This document shows, one piece after another, positions 1-9,246 of a stretch of DNA of 64,000 nucleotides (the first letter of the stretch is position 1; each line of letters begins with the position of its first letter). Origin of the DNA: Candidatus Aegiribacteria sp. (GTDB lineage: Bacteria; Fermentibacterota; Fermentibacteria; Fermentibacterales; JCC-6); contig JAUVLV010000005.1 in assembly GCA_030600545.1 (NCBI GenBank), positions 118 through 64,117 on the forward strand, written 5' to 3'. Below the pieces are notes generated by a model. The model searched no databases. It had not been told where the DNA came from and worked only from the letters and a program-made list of their open reading frames with translations. Made by a program: the position numbers and the translations under genes.

Positions 1-614
1 TGTTATCAGTCCATCGACGAGTGGCGGACTACCCAACTCTCCATAATAATATACTTCACATAAGTCCGGTTATGGAGAGCTCTACATAACCGGACGTGCA
101 GTTTTCCCGCATCCGGTTCCTCGGTTGTACTCGCTTCCGTGCAAGGCTGGAAGCTTATGCAAACACCCTCTGATACCTCTTCTACATCATCTCAACATTC
201 AGACACAGGTAGAGATCCCTGAATCGGTGTTGCTTCTCCCTTCCTGCCTTGTCTGCTATTCCCCGCAGTGAGGTTGGCTCATGTGTCTCCGATCCTGCAA
301 TGTTCGGCATGAGTTCTCCTTTACAGGTTGCGTACTTCCGTCAGGTCCTTCCCCATGTAGTAGGCTTTCCCCACCTCAGAGTACTACGCCTGATAAGACT
401 CCCCATCAGCATAAGGCGGCTGTTCCCTTTTACAGTAATTCGCCGCCGTCCCGTTCATGTGGTTTCATGTTAATGGTAAGGTTTCAGCTTTGTTCTGTGT
501 CAGGATTTCTCCGTACGTGCCTCAGTAGCTGCATACCATCCAGTAACAATTCCCCACAACGGGAACCAATGAGACCTCCCGGGTTCTCTGACGTATCTCT
601 TCCTGCATGCCACG
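1..614 (-). mobile_element. Putative group II intron RNA, 5' portion (domains I-III/IV), continuing past the window start
   Basis: About 600 nt with no minus-strand ORF >=60 aa and only odd Pro/Ser/Cys-rich plus-strand ORFs. Many short helices, including a near-perfect 30-nt palindrome at 65-94. Minus-strand stretches (GGGAACAGCCGCC, GGGGAAAGCC, CTGTAAAGGAGAAC..ATGCCGAAC, GCACGGAAGCGAGTAC) resemble, from memory, conserved domain I-III segments of bacterial group II introns. The block ends where a GNAT remnant begins. No clean GUGYG 5' end seen and no covariance model run. Confidence 0.35.
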
Positions 615-622
615 GCCTGTTT

Positions 623-763
623 AATGAATCCGTCAAGTGGTTCTTTGAGCTGAAAATCGAGCGAATAGAATTGAAAGTTTTAAGTGATAATGATTTAGCT
701 CAGGGATTCTGGGGAAAGATGGGTTTCAAGCCTTACATGACAACAAAGTATAAAGAAGAGTAA
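623..763 (+). pseudogene. GNAT-family acetyltransferase, C-terminal fragment only
   Basis: The tail NESVKWFFELKIERIELKVLSDNDLAQGFWGKMGFKPY fits the last strands of the GNAT fold (L.V...N..A..fy.k.GF). The upstream part of ORF 281-763 has no GNAT motifs and overlies the structured block. Confidence 0.4.
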
Positions 764-801
764 TAGATGACATAGGAGCATAATGGTTGTAGTGTTGTAA
801 T

Positions 802-1031
802 ATGAAAGAGTCAAAGCATTTCCGGATATTCTGATAGAACGGGGGATCAAGAAAGAATGGGTAGATCTGGTTTTCGATTCTCCCGATAGAGTAGAAGAAA
901 AAGGTGATGGTACTCGACATTTCATCAAGCGGATCCCGGAATTTGGAAATCGATGGTTAAGAATAATCGTAAATACTACTACCACACCGGAAATACTTAT
1001 AACGGCTTACTTTGACAGGGGAGTGAGGTGA
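802..1031 (+). pseudogene. DUF4258-like (toxin-type) small protein with disrupted start region
   Basis: Frame 801-1031 reads PDILIERGIKKEWVDLVFDSPDRVEEKGDGTRHFIKRIPEFGNRWLRIIVNTTTTPEILITAYFDR, the DUF4258 pattern. It has no ATG/GTG/TTG start. An ATG at 802 (MKESKHF) is in another frame and would supply the expected His if one frame change occurred near 819-825. Confidence 0.5.
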
Positions 1032-1035
1032 CATA

Positions 1036-1236
1036 ATGAGAATAAAAATCGATAGAGAGAATGATTCTCTGTATTTCCGACTTGATGAAAACACGATTGT
1101 TGATTCCGAAGAAATCCGCCCGGGTGTTATTCTTGATTTCGACGAAAATGACAGCGTTGTCGGTATTGAGTTTCTCAAAATATCCACTAGAGCAACCAAA
1201 GAAGAACTCTCCAATCTACAGTTTCAAACTTCATAG
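1036..1236 (+). CDS. DUF2283-family small protein (putative antitoxin partner of DUF4258)
   Basis: MRIKIDRENDSLYFRLDENTIVDSEEIRPGVILDFDENDSVVGIEFL matches the DUF2283 signature (D.lY.rl...........vilD.de.g.vvGIE.l). It starts 5 nt after the DUF4258 stop. Confidence 0.75.
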   Translation: MRIKIDRENDSLYFRLDENTIVDSEEIRPGVILDFDENDSVVGIEFLKISTRATKEELSNLQFQTS

Positions 1237-1281
1237 CAAATAGCGAGTTTCAACAACTGGCTGCAGTAGACAAACAGTAAC

Positions 1282-1581
1282 CTATTTGATAACGCCGCCC
1301 GATAAAGTATCGAGCGAAAACACCAGGTTTCCCATGTACCAGCCGTACTCGGTATTTCTGTAGCCGTCGCCGTCCGTGTCAGCGTTAAAGAACTCCACTT
1401 CTCCGTTACTGACTTTTATGCAGCGCCAGCCGACCGTATCTTCGTCTCCCTTCGATCCGTTTTCCTCAGTGATTTCATCGGATTCAAGGGTAATAACCGG
1501 GTTGACCAGCGGTAATTTACGTATTACACTATGTGCGTAACGCAAGATGTGTAATGCAAGATAAAGGGGTATTAATGCCAA
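1282..1581 (-). CDS. Hypothetical protein (weak call, possibly a fragment)
   Basis: A 99-aa ORF with an acidic DTDGDGY-containing tail. Its 5' end overlaps the start region of the ATPase gene on the other strand. No recognisable family. Confidence 0.2.
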   Translation of the reverse strand: MALIPLYLALHILRYAHSVIRKLPLVNPVITLESDEITEENGSKGDEDTVGWRCIKVSNGEVEFFNADTDGDGYRNTEYGWYMGNLVFSLDTLSGGVIK

Positions 1582-2711
1582 ATCCTTTCTCGTACGGTGG
1601 TATCGTTACTGGGAAACAGTTCTGCAACAGGACAAAAGAAATGGATGACCTCATCCGTGCTGGTCTTAACGGAGAAAAGCTGTTTATTCATGGTGAGCGA
1701 CGCATCGGAAAGACATCTCTCTTAAGAAAGGTCATAGAAAAATTCTCAAGTGAAAAAGTAATATCAGTATTAATTAACGTCTGGAAATGTGTTGATTCTG
1801 CAGATTTCGTCAATGTATGCGCTTCAGGATTCGCCGAAGCCGAAGGTTCTGCAGGGATCTTGAAAAGGGTCAGAAAACTGTTCGGTGGTTTATCCCCGGC
1901 CGTCACAATAAGTGACGATGGAAGACCTTCATTGACATTTGAAAGAAGTGCGGGAAAATTGTCCTCCGATCAACTCGAGAACGTTCTTAAAGCGTCATGG
2001 AAAATAGCCGATTCAAACAGTGATAAACGGCTTGTTATAATATTCGACGAATTTCAGCAGGTCAGGCTGCTCGGTGATGACAGGATTGAGCGTCTTTTAA
2101 GGAGTGTGGTGCAGGAACGAAGCGATATTGCGTGGTTCTTCTGTGGAAGTCGTGAACATCTTATAAAGCAGATGTTTCTTGATTCCGGCAGCCCGCTTTA
2201 TCGTAGTGCAGGACATTATCCTATTGAAGCTATTAAAGACGAACACTGGATTCCTTTTGTATCAGGGAATTTCAGGTCCACTGGAAGAAATATTTCAAAT
2301 ACTGTTATAAAAAAACTCCTTGATATAACCTCCGGTCATCCTTTCTATACTCAACTGCTATGCTCATCCCTGTGGGACATATGTGAACCTGAGAGCGTAA
2401 TATCAGATGATATGCTGGAGCAGGCACTGAATATTCTGCTGGAAAGAGAGAACTCAACTTACCACACACTGTGGGATTCTCTTCCGGAGCAATCGAAACG
2501 TATGCTCAGAGCAATTGCGTTTGAAAATCCCCTGAAATCCCCTTACTCTGGAGAAGTTCTCGGGAAATTCGGGTTCACATCACCGTCGAGTGCCGGAAGA
2601 GCAATAGAATATCTTATTTATCATGATCTTATCTCAAAATCCAGGGGTGGTGAATATATAATTATTGATCGCTTTCTTGGTTTGTGGTGCAGGAAGAAAT
2701 TCATTGAGTAG
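1575..2711 (+). CDS. AAA-type ATPase of the archaeal-ATPase (PF01637-like) family with DUF234-like C-terminal region
   Basis: NPFSYGGIVTGKQFCNRTKEMDDL..GEKLFIHGERRIGKTSLL (Walker A) and VIIFDEFQ (Walker B). ATG at 1575 is preceded by AAAGGGG. The earlier in-frame start at 1533 is unlikely. Confidence 0.7.
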   Translation: MPNPFSYGGIVTGKQFCNRTKEMDDLIRAGLNGEKLFIHGERRIGKTSLLRKVIEKFSSEKVISVLINVWKCVDSADFVNVCASGFAEAEGSAGILKRVRKLFGGLSPAVTISDDGRPSLTFERSAGKLSSDQLENVLKASWKIADSNSDKRLVIIFDEFQQVRLLGDDRIERLLRSVVQERSDIAWFFCGSREHLIKQMFLDSGSPLYRSAGHYPIEAIKDEHWIPFVSGNFRSTGRNISNTVIKKLLDITSGHPFYTQLLCSSLWDICEPESVISDDMLEQALNILLERENSTYHTLWDSLPEQSKRMLRAIAFENPLKSPYSGEVLGKFGFTSPSSAGRAIEYLIYHDLISKSRGGEYIIIDRFLGLWCRKKFIE

Positions 2712-2883
2712 CGAGTAGCTGAAGCAATTGAAATTTGTATTTCTCACCAGACCTCTATTTCCGCAACATCGTTTCTTGAGGAAAAATAGTCTGCGCAATG
2801 TAATGCTGAATTTCTTGATCCATCCGATCAAGGATTTAAAGTTCTGATATGAGGGAATCAATTTCAAAATGCAAACCGGTTAG

Positions 2884-4170
2884 TCAGTCGAGTGGATTCA
2901 AAATGCGGCCCATAAATAGTATGGTTCCGGTCTCTCTATCCCTGATAAGGTAAATGAACGGACGGTCTACAATAAATTCGATCGATGACCCCCCATTGAT
3001 TTTTTCCATCACAACAGCTGTTGCAGCCGCGGCTTCAGTGCCTTTTTCGTCAACGGAGACAAAAGCTTTGTGAATCACGCTCGCTATGTAGAGAGAAAAG
3101 GTTCCATCCATTCCAGAAAAATCAGCGGACATTCCGAAAGCCGATGGCATCCCCATTTCTGAGAGAATATCCTCAAGCTGGAATGAGGATACGGTTTCGA
3201 ATTTAGGCATGCTGAGATAAAGGTTAGACTCACTCAGGCTGCTGGTTACTTCGTCGATGAAATCGTTTCCCAGGTTTTCTTCAACTTCCATGAAGCGATT
3301 CGAATCCGGAACAATAACAAGCATTGACATTCTTCTGTTGCTGTATGGCAGTTCCGCCGCGATATAGCCATCCCCCCTTGCCATGGGAAAATGTTCTGTC
3401 TGGTGCATCGTTGGAACGGTCACCTGTTCTCCATCGATTAGATGGAAGGGCTGGTCAAAGGTTCCCATTTCATCGAACTGGAAGAGCCACTGCGCCTTGA
3501 AATAGATAGCGTTTGTTAGCACAAGTCTCGTAGCCGAGTTGAGAATGTTACGGGGAATGAGATCTTCAATTTTACCATTCGTCTGTTCCACAACCCATTC
3601 GTTGATAACTTCGCAACAGAGTTCGGGATTATCGGAGAAATTCAGCAAACTGATGCCTGCGCCGTAATTTGCAGCAATAATTTCAAGGAATTCAGGCAGG
3701 AAAGTGTATCCGGTCTGTCCCCATAGAGCGTTAACGATATGGAGGCTGAAAGTGTTATCCCGCTCAGCAGCAGCAGTAAGGTTCTGATCAAGCAGGTTGA
3801 AAGATGAATGAAGAGGGTCTTCATCGAGTGAGAACTGCAGGACTTCAGCCATCTCAATTTCGGTAATACTCTCTGCCCCGGCATAAGTCATCGCGAGAGC
3901 AGCAGAAATGCTGTACGGAGAGAAGAAAATATTATCATCATTATCGTTTCTGATTGTCTTATAGAGATTGAAAGCAAAAGCGCTGTTTCCCGATGCCAGT
4001 TCCAACAGATCTGTTTCAGCAGCATCCGGATCAGTGATCCTTGGAACACTCGATGAAGGAACTGATGGAGTTTCCTGTGCTGAACACATGCTTATCCCCA
4101 AAACCATAGTTCCTGTTACAAGAGTCATTAAAAATCTAATCATACTGAGTCCTCCAGTTGCAAGTTTCAA
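2884..4170 (-). CDS. Serpin (serine protease inhibitor), secreted
   Basis: FSPYSISAALAMTYAGA, NAIYFKAQW, hinge EKGTEAAAATAVV, and C-terminal DRPFIYLIRDRETGTILFMGRILNP. N-terminal hydrophobic signal sequence. Confidence 0.9.
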   Translation of the reverse strand: MKLATGGLSMIRFLMTLVTGTMVLGISMCSAQETPSVPSSSVPRITDPDAAETDLLELASGNSAFAFNLYKTIRNDNDDNIFFSPYSISAALAMTYAGAESITEIEMAEVLQFSLDEDPLHSSFNLLDQNLTAAAERDNTFSLHIVNALWGQTGYTFLPEFLEIIAANYGAGISLLNFSDNPELCCEVINEWVVEQTNGKIEDLIPRNILNSATRLVLTNAIYFKAQWLFQFDEMGTFDQPFHLIDGEQVTVPTMHQTEHFPMARGDGYIAAELPYSNRRMSMLVIVPDSNRFMEVEENLGNDFIDEVTSSLSESNLYLSMPKFETVSSFQLEDILSEMGMPSAFGMSADFSGMDGTFSLYIASVIHKAFVSVDEKGTEAAAATAVVMEKINGGSSIEFIVDRPFIYLIRDRETGTILFMGRILNPLD

Positions 4171-4483
4171 ATCAAAATTAGTAGTTGATTTCTTCCTATG
4201 TCTTCCTTCTTACTTATCAACACAGCTGATATTCACTGTTACATGTGCAGGGATTCAATTATTCCTTCAAATATGAAGATACCGGATTTCATAAGAGTAG
4301 GATATACCAATGCCTGTTAACCTGACACAATATCTGCCTGCTTCAGTCTATTCGGCTAATATGTGATACATATTAATCCACGGATATATTCCCATATTAA
4401 ATAACCCACTATCCAGTCAATCAATATTCCGTTCGAGAACAGTTCTTTCAAAAGATCTCAGGAGGATAAAGGGAGAACTCCGG

Positions 4484-5046
4484 TTAATAAATCATATCGA
4501 ACTGCTCCATGAAAACCGGTGGAGCAGGTATTCTCGTGTTAATGTAATACTCAATCAGACATTCAGAGTGATTCAGCCTGGCTGCCCCGCGCTGAAAATC
4601 ATCCGGTGATGGCTCGTGGATATCCTCATCACTATACCCGCAGGCAACTGTTTCGCAATCCGAGAAATAGAAACAGTCTTCGTGGAGTAAAGTACCGGAG
4701 TTTCCTGTTTCCCAGATGGAACTGCAAAATGCAAGATTGCCATCTTCATCAAAGAAGTATTCTGATGTGATCAGGTAATCGGTGTATGAATAAGTGTACT
4801 CCATATATGTAAGAATTTCACTCAGGTCATCACTTCTGCCCTCCAGCTTAGCGCGAACCAGAAGTTCAGAGCTTGTGTATCCTACCGGGGGCATGCAGGG
4901 ATTAGTAACATGAAAGCTTCTTGATCCAGGGCAGCTGTCTTCTTCAATAATACTTACGAGTTCATCCATTGAAATCACATAGGAAGCTGTGTCACTGGAC
5001 AGACCCGTAAAAAAAGCAGTGATAATGGAATAAGGAATGAATTCAT
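4484..5046 (-). CDS. Secreted Cys-rich hypothetical protein; reading frame broken at an A7/T7 run
   Basis: The 164-aa ORF (GTG at 4978) has no signal peptide. An SD-preceded ATG at 5046 encodes MNSFLIPLSLLFL.. in another frame. One extra base in the homopolymer 5009-5015 would fuse them into MNSFLIPLSLLFFTGLSSDTASYVISMDE... Confidence 0.45.
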
Positions 5047-5166
5047 GATTTTTCTACCTCTCTAGTTGACCGGATGTGAACAGAAGAAGACCAACATGGG
5101 AAACAAAGGCTTTTATAGCATATCTTTTCGAATAAGAGATTTTATATGTCATATATCAAAATATAT

Positions 5167-6153
5167 TTACAATAATGCCCGGATGCAAGACCTGACCCGA
5201 ATGAGTTGGGCGGCAATGCTTACGGCGATTTCGTTGGGGGTACGGCTTCCTATGGAAATCCCTATGGGGCAATGTACGCTTTCAAGAAAATTCTCGGAAA
5301 TCCCCTTCTGTAAAAGATCCGAATATATCTTCGTCTTCTTTGAGTCGCTTGCCATCATGCCTACATACTTCAGATCTTTACCTGCCAGACTTTCAAGTAC
5401 TTCAGCATCAGCACTGTGAAAAGGAGTCATGATAACTGCGTAGCTGTGGCTGCCTTCGAGTATATAGCTGTGTGCTTCTCCGTATGGAGCGGTGATCCAT
5501 CTGCAACGCGGAGCATTCTCGAAGGAATCCCGCTCCCTCTGATCGATTATCACGGGTTGAAAGGAAAGTCCTTGAAGAAGGTGTGCAATTGCTTGTCCCA
5601 CATGGCCACCTCCAATAACGTATACAGTATCCCGAAGGCCAAGAGGACCGGAGTATTCCCAGTTATTCCCATCGGTCGTTGAAAAATCATGTGTTTCCTG
5701 TTTGGAGGAATCTGTTACGGTAAAACCGGTACTGGAAAGGTATAAAGTACCTGTTCTTCCGTTCTCCAGTATGTTTATTATCAGATTTACGGTTTCCAGC
5801 GTATACGGTTGCATAGGATGAATTGCTGTTGTCTGAGAACCTGAACAGATCATACCGGAGGGAGTATCTCCTCTGTATGCTTCCACGTTATCATTCTCAT
5901 TCACATGATCGAATGTGATAAGTTCGGTGGAATGAATGCCGGACTCAAGCATCTTCCGAGCCTTGTTGACAAGCTGGTGTTCCATGAGGCCACCGCCTGC
6001 AGTTCCTCTGGTTTTGCCGTTGGATGTAACCGCCATCGCCGCTCCGGGTCTGCCGGGGCCGCTTCCTCGAGTTTCAACCGCAAGCAGCAGAGCACATGGA
6101 GTATTCGAACAGATGGCCTCTCTTATGAATTTCCAGAGAGGAATACTGTTCAT
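5167..6153 (-). CDS. xdhC: XdhC/CoxI-family accessory (molybdenum cofactor insertion-type) protein
   Basis: N-terminal XdhC_CoxI-like LLLAVETRGSGPGRPGAAM, Rossmann VIGGGHVGQAIAHLL, and C-terminal PIGISIGSRTPNEIAVSIAAQLI. ATG at 6153 overlaps the upstream stop (ATGA). Confidence 0.8.
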   Translation of the reverse strand: MNSIPLWKFIREAICSNTPCALLLAVETRGSGPGRPGAAMAVTSNGKTRGTAGGGLMEHQLVNKARKMLESGIHSTELITFDHVNENDNVEAYRGDTPSGMICSGSQTTAIHPMQPYTLETVNLIINILENGRTGTLYLSSTGFTVTDSSKQETHDFSTTDGNNWEYSGPLGLRDTVYVIGGGHVGQAIAHLLQGLSFQPVIIDQRERDSFENAPRCRWITAPYGEAHSYILEGSHSYAVIMTPFHSADAEVLESLAGKDLKYVGMMASDSKKTKIYSDLLQKGISENFLESVHCPIGISIGSRTPNEIAVSIAAQLIRVRSCIRALL

Positions 6154-7370
6154 TGAAGGGATTTTTCCTGGAAATATTCCTTTTCTATCTTCTCGAAATA
6201 TTCCATGCATTTTCGCACATATTGCCTTTTCTCGTCGTATCTTCCAGGGAAGAAGCTTCTTTTGAAACCGTAGACAAGGATATTCCTGAGGTTGTTCCTG
6301 GTAAGATTAAAAGTGTTTACCGCCTTATGAAGTTCTTTTGTAACGGTTGTATTGGATACGGTTCTGTTATCGGTACAGATCGTTACTGACAGTTTCTTAT
6401 CCATCATTTTTTTGAATGGATGGTTGGAAAGGTCTCGGAAGGCGGGATTTGTCTGCTGATTTGAAGTGAGGCAGACTTCGATCGTTATCCTTCTATCTGC
6501 AATATAGCCGGCCAGCTCATCTACGTATTTCTCAGGATCACGTATATCTCTGGATTGCACTGCGGCAGGATCAAGAAGTGTTAACCCATGACCTATTCTC
6601 TCGGCGTAAAGATCGGTAATCGCCTGATAAATGCTCTCCGGCCCGTACGCCTCACCCGCATGGACGGTTTTCCTGAGGAAATGTCTCTGGGCTCTGCTGA
6701 ACGCCTCAAGATGATTCAGTGCCGGCCATCCTGCTTCGGAGCCAGCTAAATCGATACCTACTGCCGGAATATCTTCTTCCCACCTTGCCCGGGCTACCGC
6801 TTCCTCAAGTTCAAGGGATGCCAGGGCGAACACCTTTTCTCTGTGAGTGTAATGGTGCATCTCAAAGAATCTTCTGTACCAGTCGGAAAATGCGGGAGTG
6901 AAGAATCGCATGGCACAGGCGATGATTCCGTAGTGAAATGGAGGTTCAAGGCCATCTTTGACTTCACTGCGCGAGTTGAATTCGATCTTTGCACGGAGGA
7001 GTCCATCGTTAACTGCCCTTATGCAGCCTACGATATCCATTTCTTTTGAAGCATGAAGCTGAGGAGCGAATCTTACCTCTACGTATCTGACGCCCTCCTG
7101 CTGGTTGTCAACTGCGACTTCGTAGCTGATCCGCTCAAGCTGCTCCCGGGTTTTCATGACTGAATTGGTATACGCGAAGCCGGTGAGATATTCGTTCAAA
7201 TCTTTGTAATGATCCTTGAATACGGTCTCCCTGAGTCCCTGCTCGGTATATGATGGAAGCTCTACCCCTGACTCCTTTGCAAGCTCTATAAGAGTTGACA
7301 ATCGTACAGAACCGTCAAGGTGCATGTGAAGATCCGTTTTTGGAAGCTTCTTAAGAAATTCGTGATTCAT
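6150..7370 (-). CDS. add: Adenosine deaminase-family metallohydrolase
   Basis: LPKTDLHMHLDGSVR, HAGE, and CTDN motifs of the adenosine/AMP deaminase fold. Confidence 0.85.
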   Translation of the reverse strand: MNHEFLKKLPKTDLHMHLDGSVRLSTLIELAKESGVELPSYTEQGLRETVFKDHYKDLNEYLTGFAYTNSVMKTREQLERISYEVAVDNQQEGVRYVEVRFAPQLHASKEMDIVGCIRAVNDGLLRAKIEFNSRSEVKDGLEPPFHYGIIACAMRFFTPAFSDWYRRFFEMHHYTHREKVFALASLELEEAVARARWEEDIPAVGIDLAGSEAGWPALNHLEAFSRAQRHFLRKTVHAGEAYGPESIYQAITDLYAERIGHGLTLLDPAAVQSRDIRDPEKYVDELAGYIADRRITIEVCLTSNQQTNPAFRDLSNHPFKKMMDKKLSVTICTDNRTVSNTTVTKELHKAVNTFNLTRNNLRNILVYGFKRSFFPGRYDEKRQYVRKCMEYFEKIEKEYFQEKSLQ

Positions 7371-7396
7371 TTATAAGTACCTTTCCGTAAAGTTAT

Positions 7397-8446
7397 TCAG
7401 AACAGCTCTCCCAGCCCCATCTGTATACCAAGCCCCTCGGGTGAAACGGCAAAATCCGCTCTGAGAGTTCCGCCACCTGGCAGAGATATTCTTGCTCCAA
7501 GACCTCCGTCCAGGTGGAATCTGTTCCACCCGCATTCATTAAGATGATCAGCTACCTGACCGGCATCACCGAACAGAACCAGTGAGAAATCCATTGTATT
7601 GTTCTCATCAATCTGGAAAGAGATTATTTTCTGTCTCAGTTCCAGGTTACTCAGTAAAGCCCAGTTTCCTCCGAATCTTCCGTCATTGTATCCTCGCAGT
7701 CCGTTGTTTCCGCCAAGAGAGGGAAGGAAAGAGAATGGTGTAGATGATGTTCCCATATGCCTTTCAACCTTCATCCGGAACGCCGGTGTTGTTGAGCTGC
7801 CTATTGGTGTGAATACTGACATCGCGCATTCAGCACTGGAATATGATATGTCGTTTCCAAGCTGAATATCGTAACCAGCTGACAGATAGCCGTTTATCAT
7901 AATAGGTAGGGACCAGTTTCCCTCGATATAAGGGCCGGCAGTCCATTGAGAAGTGTACTCATCCGTCGGTGACTGGTTCCAGAGCTGCTCATCGGATCTG
8001 TTGTATGCAGTGGAATGTCTGCAGAGAAGACCACCTGTCATAACAAGACCCGACAGGGGACTGAAATGATAGGAAGCTGAGATGTCCTGTATTTCAGCAT
8101 AGAAATATTCGTACAGTTCGTTATTACCTCCGTTGCCCCAGCCAAAGAATTTGTCCTTCTTTTTAACGTAATAATTCGCGTTTAAGGTTACCAATCCTCC
8201 GCCTGCGGGAAACAGGATTTTCGGTTCAGCGGAAATGCTGCCGTTGGTATAACAGTAAGCGATTGAGCTGAAACCAAAGGGTTTGAAAGGGGGTGTCATG
8301 TTATTATTGACGATACCTCCCATAAGGACACCGGAACTTGAACTGTAACTGACTAACGGAAATATCTTCCATGCGTGCAGAGGAAGGGTACAAAGAAGCG
8401 TAATCAGAATTATTATGGTTTTTACTCTGAATTTCATGGTCTCCAT
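7397..8446 (-). CDS. Omp85/surface-antigen (D15)-type outer-membrane beta-barrel without POTRA region
   Basis: Signal peptide, LRGYNDGRFGGNWALLSNLELR, GDAGQV, GGGLGARISLPGGGTLRADF, and a C-terminal aromatic residue (..GLGELF). Confidence 0.55.
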   Translation of the reverse strand: METMKFRVKTIIILITLLCTLPLHAWKIFPLVSYSSSSGVLMGGIVNNNMTPPFKPFGFSSIAYCYTNGSISAEPKILFPAGGGLVTLNANYYVKKKDKFFGWGNGGNNELYEYFYAEIQDISASYHFSPLSGLVMTGGLLCRHSTAYNRSDEQLWNQSPTDEYTSQWTAGPYIEGNWSLPIMINGYLSAGYDIQLGNDISYSSAECAMSVFTPIGSSTTPAFRMKVERHMGTSSTPFSFLPSLGGNNGLRGYNDGRFGGNWALLSNLELRQKIISFQIDENNTMDFSLVLFGDAGQVADHLNECGWNRFHLDGGLGARISLPGGGTLRADFAVSPEGLGIQMGLGELF

Positions 8447-8481
8447 CCGGACTGGATAAAATATGCTGTTTCTGTTCTGTA

Positions 8482-9231
8482 ATGAATAAGTATATTAAAC
8501 AAAATATAGAAAGTGGAGGTCTCTTGAAAACACCTTTGATTATCATTCCCACCTACAACGAGGTGGAGAATATAAGCAGACTGATCCCCGTTCTACTTGA
8601 TCTATCTGTAAAACCCGATGTCCTCGTGGTTGATGACAACAGTCCTGACGGAACAGGGGACGTTGTCCTGGAATTCGAGTCAACTGGCAGGGTACACCTT
8701 CTCAGCCGCCCGTGTAAGGCCGGTCTGGGACAGGCGTACATTGCAGGTTTTAAGTGGGCAATGGATAGAGACGAGTTCGATCCGATCGTCCAGATGGATG
8801 CTGACTTTTCTCACAAACCCGAAAAGGTTGTGGAACTGATAGATACCCTTCATGAGTGCGATCTCGCAATAGGTTCCCGATACTGCAGCGGTGTTAATGT
8901 GGTGAACTGGCCTCTGTCGAGACTCCTTCTCTCCTGGTTCGCAAACAAATATACAAAACTGATAACGGGGCTGCCGATGGAAGATGCTACCGGCGGGTTT
9001 AAGGCATTAAAAAGAGAAGCGCTTGAAAAGCTTGATCTGAACAATATTAAATCTGACGGTTATTCGTTTCAGATAGAAGTCTCTTACAAACTTTTCAATT
9101 CAGGCTGCTCGATAAAGGAAATTCCAATAATTTTCGTTGACAGGCATGCGGGTACATCAAAAATGACTAAAAGCATCGTATGGGAAGCTGTCTGGATGGT
9201 CTGGCATCTTCGTTTTCCCTGGCTGTTTTGA
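8482..9231 (+). CDS. Polyprenol-phosphate mannose synthase-like GT2 (Dpm1 type)
   Basis: IIIPTYNEVENI, VVDDNSPDGTG, and QMDADFSHKPE. Confidence 0.85.
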   Translation: MNKYIKQNIESGGLLKTPLIIIPTYNEVENISRLIPVLLDLSVKPDVLVVDDNSPDGTGDVVLEFESTGRVHLLSRPCKAGLGQAYIAGFKWAMDRDEFDPIVQMDADFSHKPEKVVELIDTLHECDLAIGSRYCSGVNVVNWPLSRLLLSWFANKYTKLITGLPMEDATGGFKALKREALEKLDLNNIKSDGYSFQIEVSYKLFNSGCSIKEIPIIFVDRHAGTSKMTKSIVWEAVWMVWHLRFPWLF

Positions 9232-9246
9232 AAGGTTTCTACTGAT

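Noticed and set aside
249-622. Plus-strand ORFs 249-473 (74 aa) and the first ~114 codons of 281-763
   Set aside because: The sequences are Pro/Ser/Cys/Arg-rich and low-complexity, with no recognisable motifs. They overlie the structured, intron-like block. Only the last ~46 codons (GNAT tail) look like real protein.
695-985. Minus-strand ORFs 695-985 and 726-920
   Set aside because: They are antisense to the DUF4258-like reading frame, which has clear family motifs. No start context or motifs of their own.
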